Positions 1-14,630 of a stretch of DNA of 64,000 bases are shown one piece after another. The DNA comes from Bugula neritina. Its lineage: Eukaryota; Animalia; Bryozoa. Each line of letters opens with the position of its first letter. The first letter of the stretch is position 1. Where the stretch lies: contig OZ037766.1 of the NCBI GenBank assembly GCA_964035545.1, positions 30,230,274 through 30,294,273 on the forward strand. The letters are read 5' to 3'. The notes beneath the pieces were generated by a model. It ran no database searches. It worked only from the letters and a program-made list of their open reading frames with translations, and had not been told where the DNA came from. The translations under genes were made by a program, and so were the position numbers.

Positions 1-963
1 CATATATGAAGCAATAGTTGTTTAACTGTAAACTTTGTTCAGCTTTTTCTTTAAGAGTGTGTGTATAGCTACAATACAACTCACAAGAGTTTTCATTATA
101 GCTACAATATAAGGCTACAATACTACTCATAATTGCAATACGTACGGAGTCTATATAGAATTTAGTTTTTAAAAGAAAACATATAAACATATTTGTGGAT
201 TAGCATAATATTTTTCAATAATGTTATTTTCATTATCTTACATAGGCATTAGGTTCATTTAATTTGTTTTGAAGATAAAACTTTTACAGTTTATAGAGAT
301 TAAAGTTATGTCGTTATCGGTTATAATCCAGTTTTAAAATTATTTTGGTATTTTTTATTTTTTCCAGCACCAAAGCATTAATTGCTGGTGCAGTTAAACA
401 CACAATTTTTGTAAATTATTATAAAATGTTACACTGGGAAATCACTATAAACAAGAGAAGCACAAAAGGTTTGCATGAAGTCAGCAATAATTTTAAGAAT
501 ATTTTTCAACTCTATTATTGTAATATTAAAATAAAGGTTTTTTCTTCAAGTGACCTGTGGCTTGTTTATAACTTCGTATAACCATAGAAGACTTTTAAAT
601 ACTATATATATATATGGCAAATGCCATTCTAATTGTAAATTTATACATTTTTTTAATTTTCTCTTCAGTATATATATAAGTTCTTGTGTTCATTGAACTA
701 AATTGCTAATAGACACGTGTGAATGTTATGCAGACACGATAATTAAATTATTAAATATGGGAGCAACCTTGTTCATGGGGTTAGAGCCCAAACAAAGGTC
801 ATTATTAATGATGTTAGGAAAACCATTCAGTCATGATTGCTCTTGTGCACTATTTGAATACATATTTAACCTATTTCTTAAAAAAGCCTTTCTATGCATC
901 AGCGGTTTCTGACAAAGATGGCAGCTGTAAACCTAATGTGATAGTTATTCTATTACAACTTAC

Positions 964-1825
964 AGTGCCATTTGATCTCTCTTTCTTATGTTGTGTCGAT
1001 CCAGTCTTTTTGTTATCCAATGAATCTTCAATTTTAGAAATTCTTGTTGCTAGCCGAGCGATAAGCTGCTTATCAACAGGTTTCTGCTTCTTCACTTCCT
1101 GAAATAAAAACAAATTTTCTGAAATTTAGTTGCGATAACTCAATGAATCCATGTGCTTATATATAATCATTGCATGTTTGCATTGCTGCCTATTCTATGG
1201 CTTGTATAAGTCAATATTATTATTATCTGCTTTGGCAGTGAATTTTTTTCGCCATATTTTAGATACTACACAATCTAGTCATGAAAATTTTCTTAAATAT
1301 TCAGAAAAATTTTTTGCTTCAAAGTTATACAGCATCTAAACGTTAAATAGTTTTTTTAATAGCTAGGCTATATCTATGAGTTAGCAACTTCAAGTATAAT
1401 ATAACTACTGTTTATTATGGAACACAATCACTCTTAGAATAAACTACTTATAATTAGATTGAGGTGAGGTTCCAACCTCTTCTTGAGTAGTAATATTATA
1501 ATGTAGATTCAACAGCTTTTTCTTTGCATATGTTTTTAGTTTTTCAGCCTTTGAAGATATTGCTGTCAAAGTTTCTACTTTTTCAGTGAGGCTCATTTTT
1601 TTCAGCATGCTTGTTATGTTGATATTTCGATGCGAGCTGTGGAATCAGAAAAAATACTAACAAGGTTTTTGAACATAAATAAATATGCAAAACTTAGCTA
1701 CTACCCGGCCTCCCACACGATAACATGATGTATATATATCATACATAAAAATAATCTGCTATGAAATATATCATACATGAAAATCACATACTATACGTCA
1801 TATATATATATAAAATTAGAGCATG

Positions 1826-1879
<54 letters not shown>

Positions 1880-2764
1880 CATGCTCTAATTTTATATCAT
1901 ACATTACGATGTATTTTGCTTTAACATGCACTTACTGCGCTTTATGGCCAGTTCTGTTTTTCTTTCTCATAGCTCTCCGTTTAAGACAAATAAAAATCTC
2001 AATTCCAATTATGATCAGTGACAGTGGCGCTAAGAGCCCTGTTGAGTAATAAATTACCAAAGATGTGTATTTGATTGGCCACATGTGAGTAATAGTAAGC
2101 CTCTAATGTATAAGTGTCAACAAACAAAATTCTACTATATATATATAGCCTACAGATAGTTTACAAACAAGCATAGCAAATTCTCATCTTTTAAAAAGAC
2201 TGAATGATTTCTATGCCTCATATTGCATGCTTACACAGAATAAGATATATAATAAAAACAGTCTCGTTGGGCTTAGTGATTGTGGTAGTTACATCATCTT
2301 CCATTTTCTTTATAACTTTTACACCTTTTAAATATAAATTCAGAATACATTCATACTAGCCCGTAAAGCAGGTATAAAGCTTTTTACAATCAGAAACTAA
2401 GGGACAGTTATTACATTTAAATAAAAGCTTACATTTTTTTTCAATAATCAGTACCAGAAAGTGAACAAAAATGATTGTAACTATAATAATATACATGCAG
2501 CTACCCATTGCAAACACTAGCTATTATACACATTTTAACTTGCACTTGCCCTATATTTTATTTTCAAGCTTATGTCAAAGCAGTTTATTACAAATAAAGA
2601 AAAAATATTAGTTGAGTTATATGTATATAAATGAATAACATTTCATAAGAAAAATTCCTATATACTTATGGTAATTTCTTTTAGCAAACGTTTGTTATAA
2701 AATCCACCAGCACAAAAATAAATATTGTAGAATATAAGTGGGCTTACCTAAGAATGACTGTATG
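964..2764 (-). CDS. Internal exons of a probable single-pass membrane protein: 2764-2748, 2038-1936, 1636-1477, 1098-964
   Basis: All four exons have AG acceptors after T-rich tracts and GT donors (gtaagc, gtaagt, gttgga, gtaagt), with compatible phases and no stops. Spliced translation: IQSFLG-LLAPLSLIIIGIEIFICL-KRRAMRKKNRTGHKAH-SHRNINITSMLKKMSLTEKVETL...TTQEE-EVKKQKPVDKQLIARLATRISKIEDSL...SNGT. This is a hydrophobic helix followed by a basic stop-transfer cluster. First and last exons are not established. Confidence 0.55.
1808..1897. repeat. 90-bp palindrome with (TA)n core
   Basis: atataaaattagagcatgtta-(TA)n-taacatgctctaattttatat; the arms are exact reverse complements. Confidence 0.9.
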
Positions 2765-3149
2765 CTAAATTAAAATATATTATATCAATTTTTATTGTTC
2801 AGTATTTCCAAGAGGAAAGTGATAATATGTATTAAAGCAATTTGTGTTGAAATTTTGTTAGCATGCTCAGAAAAACAAAACAAAACTTTGTAATATAATA
2901 AAGAAAGTTAAATTATAATGCAGTGCAACAATTTTTTAAACAATATCAACTTTGTGATTAACAATAGTGCAAGAAAAGTTTAAATTTGCAATTAATTACA
3001 CTTTCATAGCATTGTTTTCGCTATCAAAAACCAAAGCTTAGGGTTCAGTTTTATTCTAACTTGTATCTATATAAAAAAATACATGAACCGTAAGGATTAA
3101 TAAAAAAATTAGCAGTATGAAAGACCTTGAATAGTTTATAGTTATTTTG

Positions 3150-3340
3150 AAGATTTACCTATCAGCAAATTATTTTTTCATCCCATCATAAAATGTAGTT
3201 TAAAACATATCCATATGTCATCATAGATTGTGGGCAGGATATGATAGGTATATTATACTCATATGTGAATGAGCTCAAGTAGATAATACCAATACTAAGA
3301 GTTATGTTCTCAACTCTATACAAGTATTGAATTTCATAAC
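3150..3340 (+). repeat. Dispersed repeat, second copy at about 62363-62590
   Basis: Shared strings atttacctatcagcaaa, tttaaaacatatcca and tatgtgaatgagctcaagta.ataataccaatacta.gagttatgt. Confidence 0.8.
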
Positions 3341-4247
3341 TATATATATACTGTCTAACAATGTCAATTACTATTATATATGTGTGCATAAATATGACTA
3401 GCACCACCAAAAATTTTAAACTAAACGCGTATTATAGCATTATAAATTTCATCTGTAATTATAGAGTGCAGCGAAATGTGGGCATATGACTTGATTATAT
3501 TAAAATATATTTATGCCTATGAAAATTGTATCATAATTGCATTACAATTACATGTATTTAGTTTGAAAAAATGTTTGTAACAATTGTGCAGATGATATGC
3601 TAATTTTGATTGCACTAAAACATGTTAATTAACCATGTCAAGAGCTAGTGTAGATCAAGTCATCATACTACTTTGTTTTGTGCATGTTCATTATTTATCT
3701 TCCTAGTATTTTATCAACTCTTTGAAATGCTTGTACACAATAGAAAAAAAGTTTTTTGAGTCATTAGGTTATAATTTTTTTCTTGTTGCTTTCCTCAATT
3801 ATATTCAATTTTCTAAGCATATTACCAGAATAAATTTAGGTTGTAAGCCCAGGTTTGTCAATAAGTAGAAAAAAAAATTAGTCCGTAGATAAAATGCACT
3901 GAAAATTTCAATTTAAATTAAAAAACTAGTAAAAAATCTGTAAAATATACTCTAAAGATATAAAAGGGCTGTTAACAGGAATTAAAAAGATTAGCTTTTT
4001 CTACTGGCAGCTAATTAATCATTCTTAGTTATTAAATAATCTCAAAGAGGAGGACCAGTAAACAAGAAATAAAATTTTATTTATTACTTAGAAATTGAAA
4101 ATTATTAGCTTTTTATGCAAATATAAAATTTTATGTGTTAAATTATAGTGGCCTATACACCAGGAAATCCTAAATAGCAATATTAATATTGAAAAATTGC
4201 AAGTAGCTTTAAACTAATGAAATTCTTTTTATGGTAAACAAAACCTG

Positions 4248-4913
<666 letters not shown>

Positions 4914-4989
4914 CCGATTAAAAAATAATGCCAGTAAAAAAAAATAAATAGCTGGTTGCTAAACTTATTACAATAATTTTGGTTTTAAT

Positions 4990-5450
4990 TTGTTTTGTCT
5001 AAAGAGCCTAAACATTTCACCAATTTTTGAACTATTTTTAACTCAATCTAGTAGCAAAGCTCACAAACATAACAATTACATTATTCTGCCATTTTTTAAA
5101 ATTACCTCTGCTTACCAGATTGTATCTTTAGAACTTACACAGAGAGATTGAAAAACAAAAAGCTGCTCTGCTTTTCTGAAAATACAAATACTACTGCTAT
5201 ACTAAATACAAATGCCATCAAAATTCCAATTCTTATCTTGAGTTTTTTTTCTAGAAAATATTTATTTTATTAGAAAACCGGAGATTAATTTTTGAGTTTA
5301 GTAAATCCATAAATAAATAAAAGTTACAAAAATAATGGTCATTTAGAAAAGACCTTACATAAAACTGTTGATTTTACAGTTTTGCTACTTTCAGTGAACT
5401 AATGTAATTTCTTTGTTCATAATTGTCTGTTTTTACGCATTAAATACTTA
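4990..5450 (-). pseudogene. Family copy A: 5' half only (promoter, exon 1, signal-peptide exon 5236-5139)
   Basis: The reverse complement aligns with copy C at 14420-14880 (exon 1, intron 1 atggatttactaaactcaaaa, intron 2 aatgtaattgttatgtttgtga). The start codon is ATA instead of ATG (ctcaag ATA aga att). The coding stretch is 98 nt rather than 97. The gtaagt donor is retained. No Cys/Arg exon was found downstream. Confidence 0.8.
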
Positions 5451-6565
5451 AATGAAATACACTCATGGTATTTAATCCTAATTTTAATTGGTTTAGTTAG
5501 ATTAAGTTTAACCTATGGCTATATGTCAGGTGGGTAAGTTTTATTGATTCCATAAAAAGTGACGGAGTCAACAAACTAGTAATGATTAGATGTTGCAGCT
5601 TAAAGTACTACTTTGATAAGCGTAGCTATTCCGTCTTTAATGATGGCAAATTGGCAGTTTTTTGAGTTTGTTTTAATATTTCATGCCAGTGGAGCGCTGT
5701 ATGTCACCTCAATTATGTTCTTGTTTAAACTAAACAAAGATTTATGCTCTGCATTCTAAAATGGCCCAGATGTGAAAATTGAAGCACTAAGTTCTGCAGC
5801 AAATGTAAAAGAATTGTAGTGAAAATAAAGAGCATGATGACTTTATCAATTCTTTCATTTAATCTAAAATATTAAATTTTCATTTCTAAGCAGAAATCAT
5901 CAATGTATTTTTTGTTTTGTATTTATCATTTGGCCTTCAATTAATAAAAAGCCTTTTAGTCTATGCAAGTTACAAGTAGATTTCTAAAACATGTTTGACT
6001 TTGTTGTCTTAATTACTATACAGCATGTTTTTTCCCTGTTTTTATTTTTGCAGAATTTTTTCCTCTTTAAATGTTTACAGCAACAACTAGAATAGAAAAG
6101 TTGTCCAGTAACTCATATTGTTAAAGCTTTCAACCTACACAGTATCTCAAAGCCACTCCTTGATAATTTAAGCTACGTTTACACTTTGTTAAATTTTTTT
6201 ATTTATAAAAGTGACAGTTTAGTTATTAGCATTAAGATACATTCATTATACTAAAGATTAAATAATACCCTCCATGAGGTGTTCATACCATGGGAAGCTT
6301 ATTTTTTTATCTGTAATAAATCAAAACATTAAGTTATAGGAAGTATTATTTATAGCTCTGTTAACCCACAGATTTTTTAAAATATGGAAGACTCGACTCT
6401 AAAAAGTGTCTGGAGGGCTGCAAGATGTTAACAAAATAATAGTCTTATACAATCTCTAATTGGTAAAGTTATTTTGTAACAGAAGAATCACAATAGCTTC
6501 AGATATTATAGCATAACGTTATCTATCATGTCCTCAACATTTTCGATTTAGGTCGCTGCAAGTCA

Positions 6566-7527
6566 TGTCATGTCATTAGCTGTCCTTCGTGTCCGAAGAT
6601 GACTTCCGGTGAATCATGGGCTTCCATTTACATCTGTCTTTGCTGAGAGATTGCCAGCTACCAATAGGGATCTTCAGGTCTTTTAGATTGCGTTTAACGG
6701 TATCTTTGAATCTCAGTCGCGGCCTGCCAACACCACGGGTGCCTTCTTTCAGTTGTGAATAGAGAATTTGCTTAGGTAATCTAGAATTATCTATTCGATG
6801 CACATGACCAGCCCATCTCAGGTTTTTTTAATGAGTAGTTCATACATGCTGGGTAGATTTGCCTGTGCTAGAGTCTCCTCATTCGAGATGAAATCCCACC
6901 ACTTCACGTTCAAGATCTGGCGTATATGTCTCATCATATAGGTGTTGAGTTTGTGAGCGGCTATCCTGTATACAGGCCAGGCCTCCGCTCCATAGAGCAG
7001 AGAGGACAGGACAATATGGCTCTGTACACTGTACACTTGGTCTTGAATGACAGATCTTTATTGTACCACACTTTGGTCTTTAGTCTGCCAAATGAGATTA
7101 AAGCATTGGACATCCTTGTATGAATCTCTTCATCCATCTTGTTGTTGCACATCACTGTAGACCCAAGATATTTAAACTTATTGACGTTGGCAAGGTCTAC
7201 ATTATCTATGCAGATACTGTCACCACTGTCATGGCCTCCAGGTGCCGGTTGGTAGAGCGTTTCCGTTTTCTTGATATTGATCTTCAGACCAAAAGCTTTG
7301 GAAGCTCTGGCGAATCTGTCGACTAATTCCTGTGCATCGTCATGGCTGTGTGCAACGAAGGCAGTGTCGTCAGCAAACATGAGTTCTCTAACCAATACTT
7401 TCTGTGTTCTTGTTGTTGACTTGTATTGGTTCACATTGAACAGATCAGCTCCAGGTCTACTTTGAATCCAGACGCCTTTATCACAGTTTTCAAATGCGTG
7501 CTGTAGAACAGCCGATAAGAAAATACT
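6566..7527 (-). mobile_element. 5'-truncated RTE-clade (BovB-like) LINE with frameshifts
   Basis: RT motifs ELMFADD, FGLKINIKKT, FKYLGS, LLYGAEAW and RLPKQILY..GRPRLRFKDTV. The 3' tail is (GACAT)n. An 11-bp target-site duplication gctgcaagtca lies at 6555-6565 and 7528-7538. Confidence 0.92.
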
Positions 7528-9190
7528 GCTGCAAGTCAACACAAACGTTTTTATATATGTATTGTAGCTTTTGATTTTTTCTTTGAAAAACTATTTAAGA
7601 TAAACTGAAATTAAAACATGTCATATAACATAATAGTTTTATTTTAACTGGTTTAAGTAATAACTTTTGTTTATAATCTTTATTAAATCTGCAGAACCCA
7701 ATTTATATCTGATAACATATGAAAGGAGGTGGTTAGGCAATATATAACACTTACTGTCAATAACACGTGCCATCATTCTGTTTAATCACATATTAAAGGA
7801 ATCTGATCTTTTTTCTGTCATAATGAAGTATTCCTTTCAACCATTTCAAGTCAACAGCAAATTGCAAATATTGTATTATAATTATGGCAAAAGCAAATTA
7901 CAATTTTTGTTGAAAGTTTCATCCTAATCAATCTTATAGTATAAAAATGACACAAAAATCATAGTAAAGCTGTGTTAGCTAAAGTCTTTGATAACACAAT
8001 AATTTATTTAGGTAACCTTTCTATTTTGACAGTTGGTGAATTAGCCTAAAATGTTAGCAAAATAATATAAACAATGAAAACATAATACGTGGTAACTAAA
8101 ACACACTATTGTGAACATAGCACTTGTGAAGAAATACATAAGCAGCAATTTGTTCTCCAGTTCTCAGCATATTGAAATATTTTTGCTGACACATGAAGAG
8201 TTTGTAAGTATGTTCACCAATAATTCAAATATGACAACTTGAAACATCCTATTTATAGTGACAGATGAAAAAGCTAGTCTTAATTTAAGCTCAATTTAAT
8301 AGAGATCAGAAAAAGAAGAGTTGAAGGTGCACAGATTGAAGTGCATATGCATGAATGTATATTTGCACACGTATAATTATCAATGTTTGTGTTATCCTGT
8401 GTTATCAGTAAAGATCTGCTCTCTCTAAAACTTAAATCCAAACTTGTTTTATTATGTACAAATTAGATAACTTTTCTGTATAAAGCATCCAAATAGCTGC
8501 CGTTTAAATGATTTACCATTATAAGTTCATTCTCATTCATTCTTATATAAATATAAATAGATGAGTAATAGTTATACATTCTGTTCCCCACTGATCCAGA
8601 TTTATTAGCTCCCTTCATTATGTAACAAAAATTGGCGGAGAAGCAAAATGGTAAATAACGTTTAGCGAGGGTGAACTTGTTGAAATGAAAAAGTCATATT
8701 TTATATTAGGTACAATTACAAGTTCTATTTTTACTGACATACTTTAGTTTTCCATGACCGCATGTACAACATGAAAAGACAAAATACTTAATTCAAAAGT
8801 TTGGTAGATTGCTGGTGAATCTTTATATATAATTTTACTTGTAGCATATTGTACAAATTTATATTTGACCAGTTGTGTATAAATAGCAATTTTTTCTGAA
8901 GCAAACGAAGACTCAAAATAAAAATTTGTTGGATTTTTTATGGGGGAAGAGAGGATACTATATGTGCACATATATAAATGGTACAGGATGATTCAAAAAT
9001 ATGTTTGATATATTTGAAAACAGTCCACTACCATTTCTTTCTAAATTATCAGGTGCTTTTTTTTAAAGATATAAATTAGTGAAATTGTGCAGTAACCAAA
9101 GTTCAAACGGATGTGTCGTGTGATTCTATAAACGGTTCGATTTTCATGTTATCAGTACAACAATAAAAAACCGTATAGGCACAAATATAT

Positions 9191-9892
<702 letters not shown>

Positions 9893-11793
9893 TTTGCTAA
9901 CATTCACCCTTAGTTAAAATTGAAAGGTTATCTATAAATATATTTTGTCATCAAAAACTTTAGCTATTACAGCTGGACTATAATTTTTGCGTTAACTTTT
10001 TCCAAGATTGATTAAGATGAAACTTTCAACAGCAATTTTAGTTTGCTTTTGCCAGATCGAATTATAATTAAATATCTGCTATTTCCTTTTGACTTGAAAT
10101 ATATGGGTCATTTTACTTAATTTAGTGCATATTCTAAATATCTTCAGTTTTTAGCTAATTTTCACAACTTATAGCTGCTAATTTATACAGATGCTTGCGC
10201 AAAAACAATACAATATTACTAAATACAACTATAAAATAATCAAGGTCTTTTCACTTTTTGCCTAATCTCTTTTGTTTTTTTTTGTAATTATTTACCTAAT
10301 TTGATTTGCGGACTATCATGGTTTATTCGTGACAATCCGTAAATTCAAATTAAGTAACTAAAAGATTTGGGAAATCAAGCGAAATTAAAAAATCTTTGAT
10401 TATTTAGTTGCATTTGTTGATATTTTATTAGTTTTGGACAAGAACCCATATACATTAACAGCTAAGTTCTAAAAAAATAGCCTAAAACTGAAAAATTTGA
10501 TTGTGTACTTCATTAAGTAAAATGACACGTATGAAAGGAATAATTCATTATGAGGGAGAAAAGATTAGACTCCTTCAATGTGTGATTAACTATAAGATTA
10601 GTGGCACGTGTTTTTGACAGTAAGTGTTATATATTGCCCAACTACCTCTTTCCACGATATGTTATCGGAAATAAATTGAGTTCTTGATTAAATAAAGATT
10701 ATAAACAGAAGTTTTTTAATGATTAAATCAGTTAAAATTAAACTATTATGTTATGTGACATGTTTTAGTCTCAGTTTATCTTAAATAATTTTTCAAATAA
10801 AATCGAAAGCTATATAGCCTACACATATAAAACGTATGGGTTATCTTGTAGTGACCTAATTCAAAGGTTTTGAAGAATTAATAGATAGCATTACGTTATA
10901 AGATCTGAAACCATTGTGATTCTGTTGTTTCCAAGTGCCTTTACTACTTAGATTATATTGCGTAAGGCTATTATATATAATTGTGCACCAACTGTTGTAC
11001 AGATAAAGTTTTACATCATAGATTGATTTCCTGCATGTGAACTAGAGTCTACTTTGTTTCTCATTTATACCTTTGTACAATAGCACCTTCTATCATGGAG
11101 CTAAGTCTTTAAGATTTAATTTTACTTTTCCTTACAGCAATTTATATGCCTTAATTTTCAACATGAAGTAAACTCTGGTATAGCGCAGCACTGTATTGTA
11201 AGCATTCCAGGGGGTTTTAAATAACATAAATGCTATTTAGGCTGTTCAAAGTTCAAAACTGCATTAAAGAACATTATAAATATACTTGCATATGGCCATT
11301 AGCGCATTGTATTGTTTACTATTTACTTATATTTTCATTTTGCTAAAAGTATCATATGTAATGTATATCACATAAGTCATGATCATTCAATAGTTTTTGT
11401 TTTAAGTATTTCCGAATAGAGATTATTAAATTATTTTGTAAGTAGAACAATTATAGAAAACTTTTATGATTCTATATTAAAACTTTGTTTTGTTGCAGCT
11501 ATATTTAGCAGTTTACTCTCCACTTGTGGTTGCATATATCCCAATAACTATAAAACTGCAATCTCTATACACTTTACAGGTACTTTCATATATAACTTAT
11601 TTTATCTATCACGAAGAAGTAATTTTCTATATCAAAATAATAATAAGTTCCAGCAACTAATCTGATATGCACTTCTTATGGAATCAATAAATCAGATTCA
11701 CTCAAATTTGTCACTTTTTTTTAAATTATTCTCACTTAAACATTTAAAGTTAAGATGAAGGATTTGCGAGTTTAATTACTTTGAGTATCCAGG

Positions 11794-11830
11794 TATAAAA
11801 AGGCCTGATTATAAAAACAGAAACTAGTTT
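11794..11830 (+). promoter_or_regulatory. TATA box and probable initiator of family copy B
   Basis: TATAAAA at 11794-11800, about 30 nt upstream of an Inr-like tagttt. The arrangement is conserved in copy E (30948-30918, minus strand). Confidence 0.6.
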
Positions 11831-11988
11831 ATTGAAAGCGGCAAAGGCACAACATCAAAAATTTTGAGGTGAAGAATGCTTTTCTTGATAACTAGTATAT
11901 TTGTAGTTTTCATATTCAAAAATTATTAAATATAACAAACTTGATCTCTACTTTTATATACTTATAAATTTATTTGTAGAAACTGAAG

Positions 11989-12784
11989 ATGAGAATTTGG
12001 ATGTTGATAGCATTTGTAATGAGTGTAGCAGTTGTATTTGTCTCTTCACAAAACCAAGCAGACTTTTCCTCTGCAGTATCTCTGTGTAAGTAGCTTAACT
12101 ATTTATAATCATATGCTACTTTGGTAAAATTTGTTATTAGATCGCCGTAAAGTGATAGTCAAGCGATTGGTCAAACTTCTAACTTTTTTTTAAGCAAAAG
12201 AAATTAGAAAACAAAATTATCTGAATGTTTTAATTGAAGCTATTTGCTTTGATTTTTCTAGCATTAGCAAATTTTTTTGCTGTTTTGTATTTATTGGCTT
12301 CTTAAAAAAAATATATTCAAAATTATGATTACTAATAAAAATAATATAGTAAACTAAATTTTGATATCTATGATGGAACTGCATTTAGAGGCCAAAAGTT
12401 AATTATATACTTCACATCATTTCTATGACCAAAGTTCGATTTTTCTTTTCAGCATGCCAAGCCTGTCCACGCACTCGTACTCAAGCATGTCTTCAGCGCT
12501 TAGGAGGAGGTAGGGGAGGTAGAGGAGGTAGAGGTGGGAGGAGAGGAAATAGAAGCGGGGGCAGAAGAGGTAAAAGAAGAGAGGGCAGATCTGGAAGGAG
12601 AAGTAGCCAAAGACAACAAAGGAAAGATGGAAGAAGAGCTTATAGAGGAAGAGGTCTTGTGAACAAAGCTCAAATCTGCAATGCAGAAGCAGGAATACTC
12701 TCTAGAATTAAGTCTTCAACAACATTTTCTAAAAATATGTGGGTTAGTAGAGTTATAAATAATACTTCTTACTTAATGTTTTGA
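11989..12784 (+). CDS. Family copy B: secreted Cys/Arg-Gly-rich protein, tail-deleted, 142 aa; coding exons 11989-12085 and 12453-12784 (non-coding exon 1 about 11825-11868)
   Basis: MRIWMLIAFVMSVAVVFVSSQNQADFSSAVSL, then a phase-1 GTAAGT..TTCAG intron, then SCQACPRTRTQACLQRLGGGRGGRGG...NKAQICNAEAGILS. After about 12704 it reads into sequence homologous to 17361 onward. Confidence 0.8.
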
Positions 12785-13439
12785 TTTATTACAGATTAAA
12801 ATGTATAATCTTTATGGTATAAAAATCTCATGAAAGGTATTATTTCATTCTTACAAAAATTAATGTATCTTTGCTAATAATTAAGCTGTCATTTTTATAG
12901 ATATAGAAATTTAATCAAGGTAGCTAAAAATATATCAAAGAGTGGCTTTGGGATACTATGAGGGTTGAAGCTCTGACAATATGAGTTACTGCGGACAACT
13001 TTTCTATTCTAATTGTTGCTGTATACATTTGAAAACGGAAAAATTTTACAAAAATAAAAACAGGGCAATAACATGCCGTGTACTAATTGAGACAACAAAG
13101 TAATTTATGTTTTAGAAATCTACTTTATATATAACTTGTATATACTAAGAGGGTTTTTATTAATTAAAGATTATATGATAAACTATATCAACAAAAAATC
13201 TATCTATCATTTCTCCTTGGAGGTAAAACTTTATTTTTTTCAGATCAAATGAAACAATTAATAATAGTTATCATGCCCTTTTGTAGATCATTTTTACTAC
13301 AATTCCTATATCAATACAGAACTACATATATAAGTACTTCAATTTTTAGATCTGGGTTACTTTAGAATTCAGAAGATAAGACCTTGTCCATTTAAAACAA
13401 AAACATAATTAAGATGACTGACAGTTTTTCGCTGACATA

Positions 13440-14010
13440 GTAAATCAAAAAAACCTAAAAAATTGCCAATTCACCAATGGATGATGCCGGTGAAACCTTG
13501 AAGTCCACTACATATAGACCATGCTATAAATCTCATGATGGGAACCAATTGGTTGGTACTTGTGGATGCATATACCAAATATCCTTGCATTCATCCCACA
13601 AGTTCTATGTCAACCAAGGCAAAAACAGACTCACTGGGGATAAACTTCACTCATTTTGGATGCCCGCAATACCATAGTCACTGACATTAGACCAAGCTTT
13701 ACATCTGAGGAGTTTAAACATTGTGCAAAGACAGAGGAAATAGATACACCTGAGAAGAGCATATTATTACTATCCTGCTACCAATGGAGCAGCAGAATGA
13801 CTATAGTAGAATCTTTCAAGCAACCACTAACGAACTTTGCACCATTATCTAGAGAAGCCCTGAAGGAATTCTAGATGCAATACAGGAAAAGACCCTATTG
13901 TCTAATGAATTCTCACCGAGCTAAACACATTGTGAACGTCAGATCCGAACGAAACTAGATGCATTACTAACATCACCAGCCCATCTTGATTAAAGAAAAC
14001 AAATGCAAGA
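13440..14010 (+). mobile_element. Decayed Gypsy-type integrase fragment
   Basis: Interrupted translation LHIDHA..WLVLVDAYTKYP...IVTD...FTSEEF...YYPATNGAAE..VESFKQ, which follows the retrotransposon DDE integrase core. Confidence 0.75.
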
Positions 14011-14630
14011 AAAAAGGAGGATTAGGAAACTACACAGCTACTGCACTGTAAGCACACATTGCTACGCTCTATAGTGTCTATAATAAAATTCCGAGGAAAA
14101 GGTTAGTTGCATGTGATTGATCTTATGATTTTCTTAAAAAGCTTTTTGGAATAATGAGAAGTATGCTTGTGAGCCGGAAATGTTTAGATAGAAAGCAGCC
14201 ACATTCCATATCTGAACAAGTTTGATTAATTGCTGAAGAAGGAATAGCTATGCTTATCAAAGTTGTACTAAGCTGCAACATCTAATCAGTACTAGTCTAT
14301 TGACCCCATCATTCCCTTGGAATCAATAAATCATACTCACCTGACATATAGCCACAGTTTAAACTTAACGTAATCTTATTCAACCAATTGAAATTGAAAT
14401 TAAAGACCATGAGTGTAAAAAATTTATTGCATAAAAACAGTAATAACCAAAGAAACTACATTAGTTTACTGAGAGACGCAAAGCTTTAAAGTCAAAATTT
14501 TTAGGTGTGTAAGTTTTTTTCCTAACGACCATTCTTTTTGTAATTTTTATTTATTCATGGATTTACTAAACTCAAAATTTAAATCCATGGGCTTATACTA
14601 TAATAAATATTTATAGAAACAAAACTCAAG

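Noticed and set aside
12453-12700. Protamine or RGG nucleic-acid-binding protein interpretation
   Set aside because: The spliced product begins with a signal-peptide-like exon and paralogs carry mucin tails, which points to secretion rather than a nuclear role.
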